From contig WAMV01000012.1 in NCBI GenBank assembly GCA_015522145.1, positions 1 to 33,496 of the forward strand: a stretch of DNA of 33,496 bases, given 5' to 3'. Shown one piece after another: positions 17,071 through 23,184 of this stretch. The DNA comes from Candidatus Aenigmatarchaeota archaeon (lineage in GTDB: Archaea > Aenigmatarchaeota > Aenigmatarchaeia > CG10238-14 > WAMV01). The notes under the pieces are model-generated. The model did not search any database. It saw only the letters and a program-made list of their open reading frames with translations, and was not told the origin of the DNA. The position numbers and the translations under genes were made by a program. Numbering within the stretch: the stretch's first letter is position 1; each line of letters begins with the position of its first letter.

Positions 17071-18312
17071 ATGACAATAAAATACGAGCTAACGGAAGAA
17101 GGCAAGAAATTTCTGAAGGAAGGATTTCCTGAAAACAAGCTTATAGAAATTGTTGAAAAAGAGCAAGAAGTGGAAATTTCTAAATTGAAAAAAGAAATAG
17201 ATGCTTTGAACATAGCGTTAAAATGGGCAAAGGACTTTGGTTGGATAAGAATTGAAAAAGGTAAAGTTTTCTTCTTAAAAAAAACAGATAATCCGTTCGA
17301 GAAATTGCTAAAAGATTTTAGCCAAAATAAACCGTTAAGCGATAAAGAGCTAACCATGTTAGAAAAAAGGGGTTTGATAAAAAAAGTTGTAAAAGGTATA
17401 GCTGATGAATTAGTTGGCAAAGAAGTAGCTGTGCTTCATCCAGATTTAATAAAAACTGGGTTATGGAGAAAAGTTAAGCTAATAGAGTATGATGTTAAGG
17501 AAAAAGTAGAGGCAAAAGTGCCTGGCAAGGAACATCCATACAGGCAGGTAATAAATTACTTAAGACAAAAACTAATAGAACTTGGTTTCGTTGAGCATTT
17601 TGGACCTTATGTTGAATTGAATTTCTGGAATTGTGATGCTTTGTTCATGCCTAGCGATCATCCAGCAAGAGGTATACATGACATATTCTACGTCAAAAAA
17701 CCAAAATATGGTAAAATTATAGACAAAGAGTTGTGGAGAAGAGTAGGTCAAACTCATAAAAATGGGTGGAAAACTGGGAGTAAAGGTTGGGGTGCCTGGG
17801 ATGCAAGATTGGCTAAAAGATTAATACTAAGAAGCCAAACAACAGCTTTGTCTGCAAGAACTCTTTACAACCTTCCCAAAACACCTTACAAAATGTTCAC
17901 AATAGATAAAGTTTTTAGGCCTGATGTTATAGACGCTAAACATTTTATAGAGTTTGAACAATGTGAAGGTATTGTAGTCGATGAAGATTTAAATTTCAGA
18001 AATTTGTTAGCATACCTAAAAGAAATAACAAGAAGTTTGGATATAGAAAAAGTCAGATTCAAACCATCTTATTTCCCATTCACTGAGCCAAGTGTAGAGG
18101 GTATGGTATGGCATGAAGAGCTAGGCTGGATTGAAGTGTTGCCTGGTGGTATATTTAGGCCTGAGGTAACTTTGCCTTTAGGTATAGATAAGCCCGTATT
18201 AGCATGGGGTATAGGAATAGGAAGACTTGCAATGATTAAGCTTGGTATAGATGATATAAGAATGCTCTACTCAGATGATTTAGGTTGGCTAAGGAATAAG
18301 GAGTTGATATAA
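17071..18312 (+). CDS. pheS: phenylalanyl-tRNA synthetase alpha subunit
   Basis: Class II motifs (MPSDHPARGIHDIFY, FRPD, FEQCEGIVVD, GIGIGRLAM). Confidence 0.92.
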   Translation: MTIKYELTEEGKKFLKEGFPENKLIEIVEKEQEVEISKLKKEIDALNIALKWAKDFGWIRIEKGKVFFLKKTDNPFEKLLKDFSQNKPLSDKELTMLEKRGLIKKVVKGIADELVGKEVAVLHPDLIKTGLWRKVKLIEYDVKEKVEAKVPGKEHPYRQVINYLRQKLIELGFVEHFGPYVELNFWNCDALFMPSDHPARGIHDIFYVKKPKYGKIIDKELWRRVGQTHKNGWKTGSKGWGAWDARLAKRLILRSQTTALSARTLYNLPKTPYKMFTIDKVFRPDVIDAKHFIEFEQCEGIVVDEDLNFRNLLAYLKEITRSLDIEKVRFKPSYFPFTEPSVEGMVWHEELGWIEVLPGGIFRPEVTLPLGIDKPVLAWGIGIGRLAMIKLGIDDIRMLYSDDLGWLRNKELI

Positions 18313-19949
18313 TGCCAGTAATAGCTTACAACAAAAAAGATTTGCTAAAGCTTGTAGGACAAGAATTTAGTGATGAGACTCTCGCAAAAATAATAGAAAA
18401 GCTTAAGCCAGAAGTAGAGGAAATAAGCGAAGAAGAAATTATTGTAGAAGTTACTCCTGATAGGCCAGATTTTTATGGTGTGGAAGGGCTTGCTAAAGCT
18501 ATTAGAGATTTTGCTGGATTGAAAAGCAAAGAAAATAAATTAATAAAGCCAAGCACAGAGGTTAAAGTAGAAAAAGTTAAAGCTAGGCCATATGTTGCAT
18601 GTGCAATAGTAAAAAATGTAAAGCTTGATGATTATCTTGTTAAGTATTTGATGAATTTGCAGGAAATTCTTACAAACACTATTGGTAGGAAAAGAAAAAA
18701 AGTTGCTATAGGATTGCATGATTTGGATAAAATAAAAGGTAAAATAGTTTACAGGGCAGCAAATCCCGATGAAAAAATGATTCCACTTGGACACATTCAA
18801 GAAATGACGCTAAAAAAAGTTCTAGAAAAAACTGAAAAAGGAAAAGAGTTTGCCCATATTTTGAAAAATACAAAACAATATCCTGTTTTTGTAGATGAAG
18901 AAGGCATCTTTAGCTTTCCACCCATATTAAATAGTGATAGAACAAAAGTAACTGAAAACACAAAAAACATCTTTGTAGACGTGACAGGAATTGACAGAAA
19001 AGCTGTTATGGAAGCCATTAATTTGCTTGCATTTTTCTTCTTGCAAAGAGGGTGGAAAGTAGAGCAAGTAAAAATGAAATTCGAAAAAAAATCTTACGCA
19101 ACTCCTGAAGCAAAAGATCAGGTAATAGAAGTAAGCGTAGATTACATAAACAAAATGTTGGGCACAAAATTATCTAGGGATGAAATAATATCTTTGTTGA
19201 GGAAAGTTGGGTTAAAGGCTTTTAGTGATGATGATAAACTCGTAGTAGTTGTGCCTTATTATAGAATTGATGTGTTGCATCCTGTAGATATAGTTGAAGA
19301 TGTGGCCATAGCTTATGACTATGATAATTTCGAGCTTGAGTTACCAAAAACCATAACTTTAGGCAAAGCCCACGAGCTAGAGATATTTAGCGAAAAAGTA
19401 AGAAAGTTGATGATTGGTATGGGTTTCCAAGAAATTATGACACCTGTTTTGACAAATAAAGAAAAACAATACAAAATGATGTTAGCTAAAGAAGAAGAAT
19501 GTGTGGAAATAGCAAATCCTGTAAGCCAAGAATATACATGCATGCGAACTTGGCTCTTACCAAATCTACTTAGCTTTTTAGCTAAGAACAAAAGACATGC
19601 TTACCCACAAAAAATATTTGAGATTGGCAATGTTGTGGTAAGAGATGATAAAGAAGAAGTTCTTGCAAAAAATGTTAGAAAGCTCTGTTTTGTTATTTCT
19701 GGTAAAAAAGGCACTTTTCATGAAGCTAAAGCATGCTTATTAGGTTTACTTAAGAATTTAGGCAAGCAAGCTGTATTTGACAAATCTTACGCTAGGACTT
19801 TTATTAAAGGAAGGTTAGCAAGTATTTTTGTTTCTGGCAAAGAAATTGGTTTTATTGGCGAGATAAATCCAGAAGTTTTGGAAAACTTTGGCTTGGAGAT
19901 GCCTGTTGTTGCCTGTGAGCTAAACATTGAGAAGTTAAAAGAGCTTTGA
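18312..19949 (+). CDS. pheT: phenylalanyl-tRNA synthetase beta subunit
   Basis: TAATG overlap with pheS. B3_4/B5 domain layout typical of the archaeal beta subunit (EVTPDRPDFYGVEGLAKAI). Confidence 0.9.
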   Translation: MPVIAYNKKDLLKLVGQEFSDETLAKIIEKLKPEVEEISEEEIIVEVTPDRPDFYGVEGLAKAIRDFAGLKSKENKLIKPSTEVKVEKVKARPYVACAIVKNVKLDDYLVKYLMNLQEILTNTIGRKRKKVAIGLHDLDKIKGKIVYRAANPDEKMIPLGHIQEMTLKKVLEKTEKGKEFAHILKNTKQYPVFVDEEGIFSFPPILNSDRTKVTENTKNIFVDVTGIDRKAVMEAINLLAFFFLQRGWKVEQVKMKFEKKSYATPEAKDQVIEVSVDYINKMLGTKLSRDEIISLLRKVGLKAFSDDDKLVVVVPYYRIDVLHPVDIVEDVAIAYDYDNFELELPKTITLGKAHELEIFSEKVRKLMIGMGFQEIMTPVLTNKEKQYKMMLAKEEECVEIANPVSQEYTCMRTWLLPNLLSFLAKNKRHAYPQKIFEIGNVVVRDDKEEVLAKNVRKLCFVISGKKGTFHEAKACLLGLLKNLGKQAVFDKSYARTFIKGRLASIFVSGKEIGFIGEINPEVLENFGLEMPVVACELNIEKLKEL

Positions 19950-20687
19950 AATTATCTTTTCAAGGAAAGCTGGCTTTTCGTCAAATTGCTTGCCAACAAG
20001 CAAATGTGCTAGCTTTTTCACTTCTAAAGCAGGTAAAGAATTTGGATAAAGATAAACAAATGGTTGTCTTGTTTGAACGCTTTTGTAAACTCTTCTATCT
20101 TCAGGTATTACAGCTAGTATGGGCTTTTCCATTATTTTCTTTATTTCATCCAGCCTCATTCCATGTTTGGTATAGCGATTAACAACCACACCTATTACCT
20201 TTTTGCCTAAACTCTCAGCAAGCTTAGAGGTTTTTAAAGCATCAACAACACTGCTTAGCTCTGGATTAACAACTAGAATGACTTCATCGCTTGCCTCCAG
20301 AGCTGTCAATGCTTCTCTCCCCAAACCCGCTGAACTATCCATTATTAGGAAGTCTGCTTTGCCTATTAAGCTAAGTTTTAAATCAAATAGCTTTGTTGGA
20401 GCAACTCCTTGCAGATCTTCAGTAGCTATGCTTGCAGGAACTATTTTAAAGCCTAGGGGATGGGAATAAATTACTTCACTGGCATCAACTCTTCCCTTTG
20501 CAAAATCATGAAAGTTATATCTTGCTAAAGGAACTCCTAAGTGCAAACCCAAGTTAGGAGTTGTCAAGTTAGCATCTAAAGCAATAACATCATAACCAAG
20601 CTCTGCTAGAGAATAACTTAAATTAGCAGTTAAGGTTGTCTTTCCTATTCCTCCCTTTCCACCAGTTATCAAAATTGCTCTTGTCAC
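19935..20687 (-). CDS. minD: MinD/ParA-family P-loop ATPase
   Basis: GTG start. Deviant Walker A GGKGGIGKTT and the MinD-like DANLTTPNLGLHLG. Confidence 0.85.
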   Translation of the reverse strand: MTRAILITGGKGGIGKTTLTANLSYSLAELGYDVIALDANLTTPNLGLHLGVPLARYNFHDFAKGRVDASEVIYSHPLGFKIVPASIATEDLQGVAPTKLFDLKLSLIGKADFLIMDSSAGLGREALTALEASDEVILVVNPELSSVVDALKTSKLAESLGKKVIGVVVNRYTKHGMRLDEIKKIMEKPILAVIPEDRRVYKSVQTRQPFVYLYPNSLPALEVKKLAHLLVGKQFDEKPAFLEKIISKLF

Positions 20688-20720
20688 AATAAAAAATTGG
20701 TTTTAGCATTAAAATATTAT

Positions 20721-20779
20721 TGCTGTGGCCCCACTTGGGCTTCTGCCTCATTACTTCAGCAGAAGTGGCCTGTGGGGCC
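20721..20779 (-). ncRNA. candidate H/ACA-like guide sRNA (GC-rich hairpin + ACA)
   Basis: The minus strand reads GGCCCCAC-AGGCCA-CUUCUGC-UGAAGUAAUGAG-GCAGAAG-CCCAA-GUGGGGCC-ACA. That is an 8-bp lower stem, a 6+5 nt internal loop, a 7-bp upper stem, a GA-containing apical loop, and ACA flush with the stem. UUUU follows, and TTTTATTTATAA sits about -31..-20 upstream. The K-turn fit is imperfect. Confidence 0.3.
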
Positions 20780-20829
20780 GATATAAAAATAGCCAAAATT
20801 ATAAATAAAAGTTCCGTCAACTTATTCAC

Positions 20830-21204
20830 ATGACAGTAGTAGATGTTGATGCAAGCAATTGGGATAAAGAAGTTCTTAATGAAAAAGGCTTAGTTATAGT
20901 AGAATTTTGGCACGAACAATGTCATTGGTGTAAAGTTCTAGAGCCTGTGTATTTTGAGTTGGCAGAAGAAATGAAAGACAAAGCAAAATTTGCCAGACTT
21001 AACGTGTTGGCTAGTGAAGAGAATTTCCACCTGTCTCATAAGTATGGTATAATGGGTACGCCAACAATAATATTCTTTTGCGAAGGCAGACCTATAGCAA
21101 GCATTGTTGGCTATCAGCCAAAAGAACATTTAAAGCATGTTATAGAAGATGTGTTAGCTAAGCATAAAGAATGTATTATGAAAAGCACAGAACTAGAAAA
21201 GTAA
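20830..21204 (+). CDS. thioredoxin-fold protein with a CHWC active site
   Basis: VIVEFWHEQCHWCKVLEP...MGTPTIIFF is a thioredoxin fold with the cis-Pro region. The CxxC dipeptide is H-W rather than G-P. Confidence 0.8.
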   Translation: MTVVDVDASNWDKEVLNEKGLVIVEFWHEQCHWCKVLEPVYFELAEEMKDKAKFARLNVLASEENFHLSHKYGIMGTPTIIFFCEGRPIASIVGYQPKEHLKHVIEDVLAKHKECIMKSTELEK

Positions 21205-21239
21205 AAACTTAAAATATTTGGTTTTTTCAAATTTTTGCT

Positions 21240-21455
21240 ATGGAGTGTAATGTTGGCAAGACTGACAGAATTGTAAGAGCAGCAATAGGACTTATGCTTC
21301 TGGGCTTAGCAGTGTATTCTTACGCTATGCAGCCAATTCTAACTGGAGTACTGCTTTACGTAGATGCAATAATAGGCTTAATACTATTAGTGACAGCAGC
21401 TATATCATTTTGCCCGCTTTATAAAGCCCTAGGCATGAGTACTTGCAAAAAATAG
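21240..21455 (+). CDS. DUF2892 (YgaP C-terminal-like) small membrane protein
   Basis: NVGKTDRIVRAAIGLMLLGLA ... SFCPLYKALGMSTC is the DUF2892 pattern, with two TM helices. Confidence 0.7.
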   Translation: MECNVGKTDRIVRAAIGLMLLGLAVYSYAMQPILTGVLLYVDAIIGLILLVTAAISFCPLYKALGMSTCKK

Positions 21456-21479
21456 CTTTTTCTTTCTTTTTTTAATTTT

Positions 21480-22418
21480 TCAGCAGAAATTTTGCGTTAC
21501 ATATACTGTACCATTATTGGTTATGTAAACACCAATACCTTCCTTTCTATAATATTCTGCCAACAAATTTTTTCTATGCCCTTCACTTCCCAACCAGCCT
21601 TGAACTGTAGCATTAGCAACATCACCTACGGTTTGAAATACGTAAGAGGTTATCTCGCCTGTTTTAGGATTGTAATAATAAGAAGTATAAATATAAGTCT
21701 GTAGGAGATTCTCACCTCCTGTATAAATCAAATTCCCAACAACAATCCTACAAGAATAGTTAAACTTCTTATACCTGTCTTGCAAAGTTTCACCTTCTGG
21801 GCTTTCATGGGCAAAGTAGTTTTTTAAAGCCATATCTTTACTATGATATCTTGCTATTTCAGCAAGCTTTTCGTCCCATTCTAATGTTTGCAATCCGTAT
21901 TCTTTTCTAACTTTGTTAACAAGTTCGTGTATTTTTAATTCTAGAACATATTGTTGATTCCTGAATTCTAGAACTTTTTCTTGTAAAATTTCGTTAGTTG
22001 TTTTATATCTAGCCAAAATTTCTGGTGGATAAAGTCTTGGTTTCAATTCTTTGAAAGAAATAAAACCAAGTTGAGATTCTAGCAAATATCTAGCTTTTAC
22101 ATCTAAGTTTTCTATTCCTAAAATTGTGCCAGCGTAGCTAAGAAAGTTTTGGGAATAGTCTGAAAAAGTAAGAATTGCTAAAGAAAATAGAAAAGCTACA
22201 ATAAGATGTTTGTAAGGAAGTATGTCTTTTGTCTTCCAGTAAATTTCCTCTATAATCAGTAAAATAATCGTTAATATTAGAGTTCTAGAAATTATGGTTG
22301 CTAATTTTAATGTTTCTTCAAAAATAAAATGAATTGTAAGAACTATTATAAGAAGGTAGCTAAACAACTTTACAAAATTCTGAATCAAAAAAAGCTCTCT
22401 CTTCTTCTTTTTCAGCAT
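21480..22418 (-). CDS. membrane-anchored CAP/SCP (PR-1, YkwD-like) domain protein
   Basis: Several TM segments at the N-terminus. The C-terminal IARYHSKDMALKNYFAHESPEG...GENLL...VQGWLGSEGHRKNLL...GIGV...VTQNF is the CAP-domain signature. The start is trimmed to ATG 22418, because the track start at 22478 runs into the tRNA 3' exon. Confidence 0.8.
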   Translation of the reverse strand: MLKKKKRELFLIQNFVKLFSYLLIIVLTIHFIFEETLKLATIISRTLILTIILLIIEEIYWKTKDILPYKHLIVAFLFSLAILTFSDYSQNFLSYAGTILGIENLDVKARYLLESQLGFISFKELKPRLYPPEILARYKTTNEILQEKVLEFRNQQYVLELKIHELVNKVRKEYGLQTLEWDEKLAEIARYHSKDMALKNYFAHESPEGETLQDRYKKFNYSCRIVVGNLIYTGGENLLQTYIYTSYYYNPKTGEITSYVFQTVGDVANATVQGWLGSEGHRKNLLAEYYRKEGIGVYITNNGTVYVTQNFC

Positions 22419-22481
22419 AAAATAATCTGTGTTTTTATCTAAATTTGAAATAATGCCCCCGGTGGGATTCGAACCCACGAC

Positions 22482-23108
22482 CTACGGCTTAGGTTCGACA
22501 GAGAGGAGGGCTCTAATTAAAGGTCTATATTTAGTGTTTACTGATTTATTAAAATAATTTTTATCCAAAAGCTTAAACGGTTTAATTTTATATATGAATT
22601 TTAATGATTCTTGACCATACACTATGACTTCATAGTAATCCCTTCTATTTTTTCTTTTTTCGTTTACGCAAACTAGTTTATGATGAATATTCATTGTCTT
22701 CATGGCTTGTGAGACTAAATCTATTATGGATTTAGATGAGTTAGTAATCTTTATTCTTCTACCTCTTCTAGTACTTCTAAAATCTATAGAACCTTCTGCA
22801 TCAAAGATGCCTCGTAAAAACACACGTGCATATTTTTCCTCTCTTATTAACCTAGCTAGTTCTTTTCTTATTTTTTTGATTTTTTTTACTAATTTCTCGT
22901 CCCTTATACATATGATAATTTCTGGTTTCCAGTTATGCTTTCTCTTTTTTCTTTTATAAATTCGGGTTTTAGATGTGAGTGTGTTTATTAATTTTTTGTA
23001 TTTTGTAGCCAGTGTTCTGTTGGTTGTTGAAATAGCTATAGATTTGCCTAACTCATACCCATCTCCTATGTAATAGCCAGTTATGTTTATTAACAGTTCT
23101 TTTTTCAT
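22482..23108 (-). CDS. LAGLIDADG homing endonuclease (two-motif, I-DmoI-like size)
   Basis: 208 aa. Motif 1 is ITGYYIGDGY and motif 2 is FLRGIFDAEGSI, about 95 residues apart. A GGAGGG Shine-Dalgarno site lies 2 nt before the AUG. The last 3 sense codons and the UAG stop lie in tRNA exon 2. Confidence 0.85.
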   Translation of the reverse strand: MKKELLINITGYYIGDGYELGKSIAISTTNRTLATKYKKLINTLTSKTRIYKRKKRKHNWKPEIIICIRDEKLVKKIKKIRKELARLIREEKYARVFLRGIFDAEGSIDFRSTRRGRRIKITNSSKSIIDLVSQAMKTMNIHHKLVCVNEKRKNRRDYYEVIVYGQESLKFIYKIKPFKLLDKNYFNKSVNTKYRPLIRALLSVEPKP

Positions 23109-23122
23109 AGCCCTCCTCTCTT
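22494..23122 (-). mobile_element. BHB-type archaeal intron carrying a homing-endonuclease ORF
   Basis: The precursor can fold as: 3-nt bulge C32-U33-A; a 4-bp helix (C28-C31 CGGC with intron GUCG at 22496..22499); 3-nt bulge A-A-C34; then a perfect 13-bp helix joining the intron termini (23109..23121 with 22500..22512). Confidence 0.75.
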
Positions 23123-23184
23123 AGGCCGCCGCTCTATCCAGGCTGAGCTACGGGGGCCTAATCAAAAATTAAAAACGTTAGCAT

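Larger units (their letters stand above)
22454..23157 (-). tRNA. tRNA-Arg(CCU), interrupted by a 629-nt intron between positions 33 and 34
   Basis: Exon 1 is 23157..23123 and exon 2 is 22493..22454. Joined, they give a 75-nt cloverleaf: acceptor GCCCCCG/CGGGGGC (7 bp), D stem GCUC/GAGC, anticodon stem GCGGC/GCCGU, loop CU-CCU-AA, variable loop AGGUC, T arm GUGGG-UUCGAAU-CCCAC, discriminator A. CCA is not encoded. Confidence 0.85.

Noticed and set aside
20623-20829. 68-aa minus-strand ORF upstream of and overlapping minD
   Set aside because: It overlaps the minD N-terminus by 65 nt in another frame. Its first half simply reads through the GC-rich hairpin. It has no recognisable features.
22419-22478. 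N-terminal extension of the CAP-domain ORF (track start 22478, MGSNPTGGII...)
   Set aside because: These codons are the reverse-strand reading of the tRNA T arm and acceptor stem. ATG 22418 (MLKKKK...) is the sensible start.
22482-23108. An intein interpretation of the LAGLIDADG ORF
   Set aside because: The ORF is not in-frame inside a host protein. It has its own Shine-Dalgarno site and AUG and is flanked by tRNA halves. No Hint-domain splicing blocks are visible.
22494-23122. Group I self-splicing intron, as found in some bacterial tRNA genes including tRNA-Arg(CCU)
   Set aside because: The ORF occupies all but the first 14 nt of the 629-nt intron, leaving no room for a P3-P9 ribozyme core. 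The termini instead form an archaeal BHB plus a 13-bp helix.
22454-23157. Reading the tRNA as anticodon AAG (Leu) with a canonical 37/38 intron
   Set aside because: That reading needs A34. The tRNA has a short 5-nt variable loop, which is not Leu-like. No bulge-helix-bulge can be drawn at 37/38. The 33/34 junction gives a perfect BHB core and a CU-CCU-AA loop.
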